From the IMG/VR virus record IMGVR_UViG_3300028888_000069, positions 32,001 through 96,000 of that record: a stretch of DNA of 64,000 nt, one strand, 5' to 3'. Below the pieces are notes generated by a model, which was not told the DNA's origin, did not search any database, and was given only the letters and a program-made list of their open reading frames with translations. The stretch comes from a virus. Lineage: Duplodnaviria > Caudoviricetes. Of the stretch, positions 1 to 9,153 are shown in pieces (position 1 is the first letter of the stretch; each line of letters begins with the position of its first letter). A program made the translations under genes and the position numbers.

Positions 1-155
1 ATAGTCATCCAGAATTAGATTTTTTTATGATTCCAAATAAATTTGGTGCAAAAGATGTTAGTGATTTATGTAAAATGATTGGTAGAGATAAAACTTTAGA
101 GTTAGCAAAAAATCAATTAATACATTATAATAAATGGCTAAAAAGTACTAGCTGA
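1..155 (+). CDS. DNA primase, C-terminal fragment (partial at window edge)
   Basis: Frame from position 3 reads ...FMIPNKFGAKDVSDLCKMIGRDKTLEL...KSTS*(TGA 153-155). KDxSD is typical of the end of a TOPRIM domain in phage DnaG-like primases. Confidence 0.6.
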   Translation, partial: SHPELDFFMIPNKFGAKDVSDLCKMIGRDKTLELAKNQLIHYNKWLKSTS

Positions 156-685
156 ATACTGCCGTAGAAGCTACTTTTAAGAACGGAAATAAAGAAACTT
201 ACGATAGTATAGAAGAAGCTTCTGAGAAAACTGGATTAAGTATTCAAGCAATTAAAATGCGTGCTAATAAGCATGGGAATGGAGGAAAAGATAAGACACA
301 ATTTAGATGGCTAGATGATGCTACAGTAAGACATTATCGTGCCAAAAATAGCAAACATAAGGGATCTAAATTAGAATTAGATGTCATTCATAAATTAAAT
401 GAATTGGGATTTAATTGTGTAAGTAGTAGGTCTCAAAGTAAATCACTTGATAATGCTAAAGTTGATATATATGATATGGAAGGGAATCTTCCTACTTATA
501 TTCAATGTAAAGCTACTCAACAAACCCCTTCATATTTTAAAATAAAAGATGAATGTCCTTTAAAAGACAAACCTTTTACAATAATATGGAAAAAACAGAC
601 AAGTGATAATACTAATAGTCCAGGAACTGTTGCTATTATTGATGTTGATTTCTTTTATTCTTTATTAAAAAATAATTTAAAATAA
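134..685 (+). CDS. Holliday junction resolvase-like PD-(D/E)xK nuclease with N-terminal NUMOD1-like HTH; in-frame TAG at codon 6
   Basis: Motifs SKHKGSKLELDV...LGF, VDIYD and IQCK. The frame extends upstream of 257 to ATG134 (MAKKY-TAG-LNTAVEATFKNGNKETYDSIEEASEKTGLS), overlapping the primase stop. Confidence 0.7.
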
Positions 686-1216
686 ATGAATAAATTAAAA
701 ATTGGATTAGATATTGACGAAGTTCTAGCTGACTGGTGGAATCCTTATATAAAGAGATTTGGATTGCCAAAAACAGATAGCGAAATAACAAAAAATTGTC
801 AACAAGTTCTTAGATATGATAGAAAATTTTGGTTATCATTGCCTGTAATAAGAAGGCCAGAAAAATTCGAACCAATATTATATTGTACTAAAAGAAGCTG
901 TGTTAAAGATTATTCTAAAACATGGCTTGATAACAACGACTTTCCACATAAACCTGTTTATCAACAAATATGTCAATGTGCTTCTAAAGCACCTATGATA
1001 AAGGGAAGAATTGATGTTTTTATAGATGACAGTATAAAAAACTGGATTGATCTAAATATGTCTGGCATTCCTTGTTTATTAATGGATGCACCAAATAATA
1101 GAAATACAGGTCCTATATTGCGTATACACTCTTTAGATTACGATGAAATCGAAGAAGTGTTTGAAATGGCAAGAGAATTTGGTATTTTTAATAATTTTAA
1201 ACATTATTTTCTATAA
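686..1216 (+). CDS. HAD-family 5'(3')-deoxyribonucleotidase (NT5C-like)
   Basis: IGLDIDEVLAD (HAD motif I) and VFIDDS (motif IV). Confidence 0.75.
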   Translation: MNKLKIGLDIDEVLADWWNPYIKRFGLPKTDSEITKNCQQVLRYDRKFWLSLPVIRRPEKFEPILYCTKRSCVKDYSKTWLDNNDFPHKPVYQQICQCASKAPMIKGRIDVFIDDSIKNWIDLNMSGIPCLLMDAPNNRNTGPILRIHSLDYDEIEEVFEMAREFGIFNNFKHYFL

Positions 1217-1240
1217 ATTATAATCAAGCATTAGAAGAAT

Positions 1241-1642
1241 ATGAAAAAATTAGAAGTTAAAATAATTAGAGAATACATTGACGTAGATATTAAAGAAGTG
1301 GCGGAAGAAATTCTAGACTATTTTAGTGAAGTTCAAGTAGATCCTCCTACCAGGATAGATATTGAAAAATACTTGAATGAAAATGATTTTCAGGTTACTA
1401 AGGATGATATAACAAGGATATACGACGAAATTCAATTTAAAAGGAATGAATTAAAAAATAAATTCTTTGAATTCGTTAAAGACAGTATAAAAGACCATGT
1501 AAATGATACTTTAGATAATTTGATGGATATAATAGAACTAGAATATGCTATAGATATAAATGATATTCCTTTTGACGAAAAAGAAGTAAAAGAACTTATT
1601 AAAACTTATATAAAAGAATATTTAAATGAAAATAGAGTATGA
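1241..1642 (+). CDS. hypothetical acidic protein
   Basis: 133 aa ORF in the operon, overlapping the next gene. Confidence 0.6.
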   Translation: MKKLEVKIIREYIDVDIKEVAEEILDYFSEVQVDPPTRIDIEKYLNENDFQVTKDDITRIYDEIQFKRNELKNKFFEFVKDSIKDHVNDTLDNLMDIIELEYAIDINDIPFDEKEVKELIKTYIKEYLNENRV

Positions 1643-2675
1643 TTTTAGCAAAATTAAAATAACTCCACTTTTAGAAACTTTAAAGTTAGAAAGTATAGAT
1701 GACTCTGTCTATTTCAGTGAAAAATATTCTAATTATATTTCTAATTCTAGACTTGGTTTGTTATTGAAATATGGTGCCAAAGAGTTCTTTGAAGGGCTTG
1801 GAGCAAATAAGGAATTTAGTTCTAGTCTTTCTTTAGGAAGCGCTCTCCATCAATTAGTTCTTCAGCCAGATTCCTATCATTTGGTAGAATCTGTAAACAG
1901 ACCAACAGCTAAGGCTGGATTAATGGCAGATTATCTTTATAATCCTTCTGGAATTACTCCTTCTGATGAACAAATAATCGAAGCAAGTGATGCAGTAGGA
2001 TATTATAAAGGAAAGATGTCAGAAAAGAAAATAAAAGATCTTAGGGAGAAATGTAATGAATATTGGAGAAGTAGGGCAATATACGAAAAAGGTAAAGAAC
2101 CTTCTGAAAAAGAAGATATTTTCATAGATGAGAAATCTAAAAATACTATAAGGTTATGTCTAGAAGAAATAAATAATAATAAAAATTTCCAAACTTTATT
2201 ACATCCAGAAGGGTTATTAGAAAAACCTATTTCTGAGAATGAAAAAGCAATTCTTTTGGATATAATGGTAACAATGCCTGAAAGTAAAGAACCTATAATC
2301 TATAAATTAAAAAGCAAATTAGATAACTTTACAATAGATAAAGAGTCTAATGTTATTACTGTTAATGATTTAAAAACTACTTCAAAAATCCTTCCAGAAT
2401 TTCCTGGAGTTATTGATTTCTTTCATTATGACAGAGAAATAGCTATGTATTCATATCTATTAAAATTATGTGCTGAAAAATTCTATGGATTAAAAGACTG
2501 CACTACAAAAGGCAATTTCTTAGTTGTAGAAACAATACCAAAATATTATACACAGGTATTTCCTATGACAAAAGAGTTATATAAAAGAGGTTTACACGAA
2601 TTTCTATATCTTTTAAAATGTGTAGCATATTTTAATGTTATAGAAGGTTTTAAATTTGCAGACACAAATGTATAA
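1626..2675 (+). CDS. PD-(D/E)xK exonuclease, RecE/ExoVIII (DUF3799)-like
   Basis: YISNSRL, LGSALHQLVLQP, KSKLDNF...NDLKTT, YDREIAMY. Confidence 0.75.
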   Translation: MKIEYDFSKIKITPLLETLKLESIDDSVYFSEKYSNYISNSRLGLLLKYGAKEFFEGLGANKEFSSSLSLGSALHQLVLQPDSYHLVESVNRPTAKAGLMADYLYNPSGITPSDEQIIEASDAVGYYKGKMSEKKIKDLREKCNEYWRSRAIYEKGKEPSEKEDIFIDEKSKNTIRLCLEEINNNKNFQTLLHPEGLLEKPISENEKAILLDIMVTMPESKEPIIYKLKSKLDNFTIDKESNVITVNDLKTTSKILPEFPGVIDFFHYDREIAMYSYLLKLCAEKFYGLKDCTTKGNFLVVETIPKYYTQVFPMTKELYKRGLHEFLYLLKCVAYFNVIEGFKFADTNV

Positions 2676-3015
2676 TGATGATGGTTCTCTAAGTTATGTA
2701 GCTTTAAAAAATATGTATGAACAATTCTTTTCTCTTGGCTATATAACTAGAAAAATTGATGAAAAATTTGCCATGATTAGTTTGATATGTTATATAACTA
2801 AAAAGGCAAAAGAGAAAAATCCCGACACCACATACTACCAAATTATTGATAAGGTAGACGAAAACCACAGTCTACCTGATAATATGAAAAAAGTACTTGC
2901 TGTAGTATGTGAAGACTTTGGATATGGGTGTAAAGAATTTCCTTTATTCGGCTTAAAAGGCAAGGATATTATAAAGACCTTGCAAAATATTTTTGGATGT
3001 TATACACCCTTTTAA
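2668..3015 (+). CDS. hypothetical protein
   Basis: ORF 2656-3015. ATG2668 overlapping the upstream gene end is the likelier start. Confidence 0.6.
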   Translation: MYNDDGSLSYVALKNMYEQFFSLGYITRKIDEKFAMISLICYITKKAKEKNPDTTYYQIIDKVDENHSLPDNMKKVLAVVCEDFGYGCKEFPLFGLKGKDIIKTLQNIFGCYTPF

Positions 3016-3042
3016 TTAACTGTTAACATTTTTTAACACTTT

Positions 3043-3076
3043 TATACTTGCAGCTTATATAGGTTGCAAGTATATT
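3043..3076 (+). promoter_or_regulatory. candidate promoter embedded in an inverted repeat
   Basis: TTGCAG(3048)-N17-TATATT(3071). TATACTTGCA/TGCAAGTATA inverted repeat. Intergenic, upstream of a codon-biased gene. Confidence 0.5.
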
Positions 3077-3180
3077 TATATTACTTTCGACAGAGAAGTA
3101 ATAAGATATAAGCCCAACAATGAGTTGGCGATTTTTAGATATACTATTTTTTAAATGAATTAATGTAATTTTATTTTAAC

Positions 3181-3735
3181 ATGGAAGCAACAAATGTAAT
3201 TTTTAAGAAACTTGAAGTAGTTGGTACAACTAAAGATGAAGCACTCGCTAAAGCTCCTTTCTATATTCAGGGGGATGCTACTACAGCTTTTAAGAAGTGG
3301 AAGGAAACTCAAAATGAGGTAACTGAAAGTGCCGTTAAGGAATTTTGCAAGAACTATCTCGCAAAGAAGAAGGCCGCTCCAGGTGTCGGATTTTCAATCA
3401 CCGTACAAACCCCTGTAGTAGATAGTCGTGAACGCCCTTATAAAGTAACCGACATTAAGAACGAAGAGGGCAAACGTAAAATGAAACGTTATCACGTTCT
3501 TAAGAATAAAGAAACTGGAGAGATTCTCGCTAAGTTCGACGGAACAAAGGCAGAAGCTAAGAATATGGCTAAAGAGCTTATCCTTAACGGTTTCCACGGA
3601 ACACTTGTTAGTGAACTTCAAGCATTCGTTGAGGGCAATAATGCTATTGAATTTGAAGCAGCTTATACCCCATCTAAAGGAACTAAGGCAGGTACTTATA
3701 TTGTATTTGGCAATATAGACGCTGAACGTATTTAA
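3181..3735 (+). CDS. hypothetical protein, probably highly expressed (possibly nucleic-acid binding)
   Basis: Lys/Ala-rich. Uses CGT/AAC/TTC/CTT-type codons unlike its neighbours. Has its own leader and terminator. Confidence 0.7.
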   Translation: MEATNVIFKKLEVVGTTKDEALAKAPFYIQGDATTAFKKWKETQNEVTESAVKEFCKNYLAKKKAAPGVGFSITVQTPVVDSRERPYKVTDIKNEEGKRKMKRYHVLKNKETGEILAKFDGTKAEAKNMAKELILNGFHGTLVSELQAFVEGNNAIEFEAAYTPSKGTKAGTYIVFGNIDAERI

Positions 3736-3769
3736 TTAGTTTAAGTTTCTTAATCACTATATTTTTTTC

Positions 3770-3808
3770 GAGGCTAGATAACCCATAAAGAGTTATCTGG
3801 CCTCTTTT
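3770..3808 (+). terminator. Rho-independent terminator
   Basis: GAGGCTAGATAAC-loop-GTTATCTGGCCTC followed by TTTT, 35 nt after the stop of 3181-3735. Confidence 0.75.
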
Positions 3809-3832
3809 CATTTATAATTAAAACATTGAAAA

Positions 3833-5353
3833 ATGTGTAAGGTATCTAAGAAAAAAATAAAAGAATTAATAAAGGATTTAAATAATCTTTATAGTAAAAA
3901 TAAAACATTAAAAGATTCTCCAAAAGGTGCTAAGTATTTCTATCAATATAAATATATGATTTTGCACGATGAAGATTTAGATGAAGAATATAAACAGAGT
4001 TTTATGGAAGCCTATTCTAAGTTAGTAACTACTCCAGAAAAAGAAGAAATTGTTGATAATGGTGAAAGGGCTGAAACTCTTATATTAAGAGATGAAGAAG
4101 GAAAGATAAGCGGATATAAGTTTACTATTTATAGAAAATATAAAGAACCTATAACTGGCACATTTAGTAGAGATGAAATGGCTAGAATTTATAGAATGTA
4201 TTCATCTTATGGTTCAGCTTTAACTCAGAAACAAGTATCTCGTCAATTTCCTGAATATTCTTTAACTGAATTTAAAGCTATATTAAGAGCTTGGCAAATA
4301 ACAAAATCTGGTTCTGCTCCATTTCCTTTGCATTATTTTGAAGAATATACTGAACAAGAATTGTTAGACATTCAAAATAGAGAGAAGGAAAATGATTTTC
4401 TAAGAAAGGTAGAAAAGAATGAGATTGAAGATCTTCGCAAACTCAATTCTAAGTTAGCACAAAGAATAAAAGAATTAGAAGATTATTCATCTATAATTAA
4501 AGAAATAAATGAACATAAGCTAATTTCTTCTTATATTCCTGTTTCTAGTTCTTCAAAGTCTGAGAAGAAAGACTTAATTATCTGGTTAAGTGATTTACAT
4601 ATAGGTGCTTATAATGAAAAATTCGGAACTCATCATCTTCCAGAATATAATGGAGAAGAAATAAATAGACGATTAAATAAGATTATTTCTCAATTTGAAG
4701 GGCAAGAATGGGGAACTATATATGTAATAAATTTGGGAGATAATATAGATTCCTTTAAGAAGGAAACTACTAGAGGTGGACATCCGCTCCCAAGTGTAAT
4801 GAATGATAAAGAAATCTCTAAGTTGTTCATGGATTGTATGTACAGTTTCTTCTTAAATCTAAGTGATAATGTAAAGCATGATAATATTGTTTATAAATGT
4901 ATAGGAGAATCAAATCACGGTGGAGATTGGGAATGGATAAATCAAATTGCTTTATGTAAAAGTATTGAAAGTTTTGTAGATTGTTATATAAGTGATTATA
5001 GTATTGATTTCTTTACTATTAATGACAGTACTTTTATCTATACTCACGGAAAAGATAACTATCAACAATTCAAGCAATTTCCTCTTACTCTTAACGATAA
5101 GACAGAATTATATTTCACTAATTATATAAATGAAAATAATATAAATTCTCCATATTGTTATGTTGTAAAAGGGGATTTACATAGATATGCTTATACAACT
5201 GGAAATAGATTTGATTATATTTCAGTTGGTAGTATGTATGGAAGTAGTAGTTATATCACTGCAAACTTTGGTCATACTAAATGGTCTATAAATTATACAG
5301 TATTAGACCAAGATGGAAAAATGGAAATGGGCACTGTTAAGGGCCAATGTTAA
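3833..5353 (+). CDS. calcineurin-like metallophosphoesterase with long N-terminal extension
   Basis: WLSDLHIG, LGDNID, GESNHG, THG and GDLH motifs. Confidence 0.75.
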   Translation: MCKVSKKKIKELIKDLNNLYSKNKTLKDSPKGAKYFYQYKYMILHDEDLDEEYKQSFMEAYSKLVTTPEKEEIVDNGERAETLILRDEEGKISGYKFTIYRKYKEPITGTFSRDEMARIYRMYSSYGSALTQKQVSRQFPEYSLTEFKAILRAWQITKSGSAPFPLHYFEEYTEQELLDIQNREKENDFLRKVEKNEIEDLRKLNSKLAQRIKELEDYSSIIKEINEHKLISSYIPVSSSSKSEKKDLIIWLSDLHIGAYNEKFGTHHLPEYNGEEINRRLNKIISQFEGQEWGTIYVINLGDNIDSFKKETTRGGHPLPSVMNDKEISKLFMDCMYSFFLNLSDNVKHDNIVYKCIGESNHGGDWEWINQIALCKSIESFVDCYISDYSIDFFTINDSTFIYTHGKDNYQQFKQFPLTLNDKTELYFTNYINENNINSPYCYVVKGDLHRYAYTTGNRFDYISVGSMYGSSSYITANFGHTKWSINYTVLDQDGKMEMGTVKGQC

Positions 5354-5365
5354 AATTTATTTTAA

Positions 5366-5749
5366 ATGGAATATAGTAATTTTAAAATTGAAAGTGTATT
5401 ATCTCTTTTAGACAGATGTTTATCAGGTCAACACATAGACAAATTTTGTATTAAAACTAATGGAGAAATGGACAATTTTTATATTACATTTAGTGATATA
5501 GAAACCAAAACTCCAATTTATACTTTATGTGTTAGATACACTTCTAGCAAGGAATATGTTTTAGATGTGGAGGTTCCACATTCTAGTGGCACGATAAAAA
5601 TAAATTCATTAGAACATTCAATTCTTTTTAATAGATTTTGTGTTATAAATCAAATTAAAAGTAATCTAATTGAAAAGGATTTAAATGAAATATATCCTGT
5701 AGAAGTAGAGAAGATAAAAGCAACTGATATAAACGAATTAGACGATTAA
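5366..5749 (+). CDS. hypothetical protein
   Basis: 127 aa ORF, TAATG-coupled to the next gene. Confidence 0.6.
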   Translation: MEYSNFKIESVLSLLDRCLSGQHIDKFCIKTNGEMDNFYITFSDIETKTPIYTLCVRYTSSKEYVLDVEVPHSSGTIKINSLEHSILFNRFCVINQIKSNLIEKDLNEIYPVEVEKIKATDINELDD

Positions 5750-6531
5750 TGGAAATTACATTAGATGAACTACTAAAAGGAAAAGCTACCAGAATTAAAG
5801 GTAAAGATTACTTTCCTACTGCTGGTTATGTAGAACCTTTCTTGGATAGAATATCTTCATTAACAAATGATTTAAGAATACAAGTTCAAACTCCTAATCA
5901 AATAACTTTAAATCCAAATGGAGACATTGATTTTGAAGACATTACTTATAATAGGGTATGGATTCAGGCAGTTTTGCCAGATTCTTATTCTATTATAAAT
6001 CACAAAAATGTCATAGGAATGATATATGGACTTGATGTTAGAAAGCCTGTTGTAAAGTTTTATAAAGGTGCTTTAAATATGGCTTGCACTAACTTATGTG
6101 TATTTGATCCAGAAGAATTAGATTGTGCTGCTATTGAGCCAGAGTCTGCTATTAACTTTAAGAATCTCAGCAGGTTAATAGAACAAACTGATAAAGCAGC
6201 TGCTTGGTTAAATTCGCTTTCTAGTACTGAGTTTAAGACCGATGAATATAATATAAATGAAGCATTAGGAAGATGGATTAGAAATTGTATAACTTCTTTC
6301 TATGATACAGGTTTTGGAAAAGCAAAAATAGCTTGTAGTACTCCTGTTGATGCGTATAAAGATATGTTTGAAAAAGAAGACAGCCCTTATTACATTGGAA
6401 TGAATAATCCTACTACTATGTTTACTGTTTACAATGCTTTTACTCAGCAACTTACAGATAATCTGAAAAAGGATTTAATGAATCAGGCTGAAAAAACTCT
6501 TCTTTTAAAACAAGTTTTAGATTTAGAATAA
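5749..6531 (+). CDS. DUF932/DUF945-like protein
   Basis: ACTNLCVF motif and C-terminal TMFTVYNAFT resemble the DUF932 family. Confidence 0.55.
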   Translation: MEITLDELLKGKATRIKGKDYFPTAGYVEPFLDRISSLTNDLRIQVQTPNQITLNPNGDIDFEDITYNRVWIQAVLPDSYSIINHKNVIGMIYGLDVRKPVVKFYKGALNMACTNLCVFDPEELDCAAIEPESAINFKNLSRLIEQTDKAAAWLNSLSSTEFKTDEYNINEALGRWIRNCITSFYDTGFGKAKIACSTPVDAYKDMFEKEDSPYYIGMNNPTTMFTVYNAFTQQLTDNLKKDLMNQAEKTLLLKQVLDLE

Positions 6532-6543
6532 TTTGAATTTTTT

Positions 6544-6590
6544 AAAATTAGTGATATATTTATATGGTATATCACTAATTTTTTATTTTT
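6544..6590 (+). promoter_or_regulatory. 15-bp perfect inverted repeat upstream of nrdD (terminator or operator) overlapping a candidate promoter
   Basis: AAAATTAGTGATATA-9 nt-TATATCACTAATTTT plus a T-run. TTTG(6532)-N19-TATATTTA(6555). Confidence 0.55.
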
Positions 6591-6592
6591 AT

Positions 6593-8707
6593 ATGAAGAT
6601 ATTAAAAAGAAACGGCACTTATGAAGAAGCTGACTTAAACAAGATTAGAAATGCTATTTGTTCAGCATTTAATTCTCTTGGTTATGGTTTAGATAAAGAA
6701 ATATATGATGAGATAGTTAATAATGTAAAATTATGGGAAGGAATATCTGTAGAAGAAATTCAAGACGAGGTCATAGAAACTCTTAGGGATTTTGATTTTA
6801 ATGAAGTAGCAGATGCTTATCTTATATATAGATATAAGCATAAACGTATTAGAGATATGGTTTTAGATAAAAAGAATTTTATAAATAAATATAAACAATC
6901 TTCTAATACAGCCAATGCTACTATCGATGATAATTCCAATGTATCGGGAAAGAATATAGGAATACTTAATGCAGAAATACATAAAGAAGACAACAAAATG
7001 ATAAGTAGGGGAATGATTACAGATAAACTAAAAGAATTATTTCCTGATTTTGATTCAAAACAATATATAAAAGATTTAGAAAATCATATTATTTATAAAC
7101 ACGATGAATCTTCTTTCGCCGGAGCAATAGCCCCTTACTGTTGTAGTATCTCAATGTATCCTTTCCTATTAAATGGAATAAAAGGATTAGGAGGATTAAG
7201 TGCAAAACCAAAGAATCTGGATTCTTATTGTGGAATGTATATAAATCTTATATTTGCTGTGGCAGGTCAATTTGCAGGAGCTGTTGCTACATCTGAATTC
7301 CTTTTATACTTTGATTACTTTGCAAAAAAAGAATGGGGAGAAGATTATTATAAATGCTCTGACAAAATTATTACTAATGAAAACGATCTTCGTACTATGT
7401 CTATTAAAAAGAAAATACATCAATATTTTCAACAAGTAGTTTATAGTATTAATCAACCTGCAGCAGCAAGAGGAATGCAAAGTGCTTTTGTAAATATCTC
7501 ATATTTTGACAAACCTTTCTTTGAAGCAATGTTTGATAATTTTGTATTTCCTGATTTTTCTAAACCTACTTGGGATAGTTTAAATTGGCTACAAAAAGAA
7601 TTTATGCAATGGTTTAATGAAGAAAGACTCAAATGTATTCTTACTTTTCCAGTAGAATCCTTTGCTTTGATTTATAAAGACGGCGAATTTTTGGATAAAG
7701 AAAATGCAGATTTTGTAGCAGAAATGTATTCAAAAGGACATAGTTTCTTTACTTATATCTCTGACACAGCTGATTCTTTATCTAGCTGTTGTAGATTAAA
7801 GAATAAAGTGACCACTAATGAATTTAGTTTTACTAATGGAAATATGGGAGTAGAAACAGGGTCTAAAAGCGTTATTACTCTTAATCTAAATAGAATAATT
7901 CAATCTAATCCTAATAAAGAAGATTTAAAAGAATACTTAGAAAGTATATTAGATAGGGTATATAAATATCATATAGCTTATAATGAACTCTTATGGGATA
8001 TGTATAATGCTAATTTATTACCTGTCTATAAACAAGGATTTATATCTTTGGATAAACAATATCTTACTATTGGATTAAATGGATTGAACCAAAGTGCTGA
8101 ATATCAAAATTTAGAATGTACTCCTAATGACTATTATAGAAATTATTGTACTTATATATTTAAAATAATAAAAGATTACAATAAGAAAAATAGTGGAAAA
8201 TATTTTGGACATAAAGTAACATTTAATTGTGAATTAGTTCCTGCTGAATCATTGGCTGCTAAGAACTATAATTGGGATAAAGCTGATGGATATAAAGTGC
8301 CAGAAGATACTAATCTATATGCTTCTTATATATTTAAACCAAATGATCCTAACACATCTATCTTAGAAAAGATAGCAATGCACGGGGCTGGATATATAGG
8401 AGAATATTTAGATGGAGGAAGTTCTGCTCACCTTAATCTTTCAGAACATTTATCAAAAGAACAGTATAAGAAATTATTAAAATTTGCAGCTGATGTAGGT
8501 TGTCAATATTTTACATTTAATGTTCCTAATTGTGAATGCGATGATTGTGGTTTTATAGCTAAACAGCCATTTGATAAATGTCCTAAATGTGGGTCTACTA
8601 ATATTAGTCTATATGATAGAATAATAGGGTATTTAAGTAAAATAGATAATTGGGCACTTCCCCGTCAAATAGAACAAAAAACTAGAGTATATGCTAAAGA
8701 TATATGA
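6593..8707 (+). CDS. nrdD: anaerobic (class III) ribonucleoside-triphosphate reductase
   Basis: ATP-cone start MKILKRNG (ATG6593), SSCCRL, VPAESLA, CxxC...CxxC zinc site, YDRIIGYL glycyl-radical loop. Confidence 0.95.
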   Translation: MKILKRNGTYEEADLNKIRNAICSAFNSLGYGLDKEIYDEIVNNVKLWEGISVEEIQDEVIETLRDFDFNEVADAYLIYRYKHKRIRDMVLDKKNFINKYKQSSNTANATIDDNSNVSGKNIGILNAEIHKEDNKMISRGMITDKLKELFPDFDSKQYIKDLENHIIYKHDESSFAGAIAPYCCSISMYPFLLNGIKGLGGLSAKPKNLDSYCGMYINLIFAVAGQFAGAVATSEFLLYFDYFAKKEWGEDYYKCSDKIITNENDLRTMSIKKKIHQYFQQVVYSINQPAAARGMQSAFVNISYFDKPFFEAMFDNFVFPDFSKPTWDSLNWLQKEFMQWFNEERLKCILTFPVESFALIYKDGEFLDKENADFVAEMYSKGHSFFTYISDTADSLSSCCRLKNKVTTNEFSFTNGNMGVETGSKSVITLNLNRIIQSNPNKEDLKEYLESILDRVYKYHIAYNELLWDMYNANLLPVYKQGFISLDKQYLTIGLNGLNQSAEYQNLECTPNDYYRNYCTYIFKIIKDYNKKNSGKYFGHKVTFNCELVPAESLAAKNYNWDKADGYKVPEDTNLYASYIFKPNDPNTSILEKIAMHGAGYIGEYLDGGSSAHLNLSEHLSKEQYKKLLKFAADVGCQYFTFNVPNCECDDCGFIAKQPFDKCPKCGSTNISLYDRIIGYLSKIDNWALPRQIEQKTRVYAKDI

Positions 8708-8963
8708 TTTTTATGCCACTTGGTGTGGCCCTTGTAAAGTACTGAAGAAGAGCCTTTCCGAAATAAAAGGAGTTGATATAGAAGAATTTGATATAGAAGA
8801 GAATGATGAATTATTGTTTAAATATGATGTAAGAAATGTGCCAACTTTGATATTTCTTGACGGCGATAAAGTTTTAGGAAAAGAAGTTGGGGCAAAAAGT
8901 GCTTCACAATTAAATGAATTAATAAATAAATACAATGAAATTATACATAGTAACGAATCTTGA
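8691..8963 (+). CDS. thioredoxin
   Basis: FYATWCGPCK and cis-Pro motif VPT. Confidence 0.92.
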   Translation: MLKIYDFYATWCGPCKVLKKSLSEIKGVDIEEFDIEENDELLFKYDVRNVPTLIFLDGDKVLGKEVGAKSASQLNELINKYNEIIHSNES

Positions 8964-9153
8964 GGATGCTGAAAATCCTTATGTTATTAATATATGTTCT
9001 AATTTAGAAACAGCAGAAAAGTTAGTAGAACAGTATAAAAATAATTACGAGTTAGGAGGCTATAGAGTTCCAGAATTTTCTATAGACGAAGCAGATACAG
9101 ATAATGATATAATATATGATGTATATGAATACCACGACTCTAATAATTCCTGA
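8935..9153 (+). CDS. hypothetical protein
   Basis: 72 aa ORF overlapping both neighbours. Confidence 0.55.
   Translation: MKLYIVTNLEDAENPYVINICSNLETAEKLVEQYKNNYELGGYRVPEFSIDEADTDNDIIYDVYEYHDSNNS

Noticed and set aside
6533-6592. TTG start and hydrophobic N-terminal extension of NrdD in the ORF track
   Set aside because: It is the translation of an intergenic inverted repeat. The ATP-cone begins at ATG6593 (MKILKRNG).
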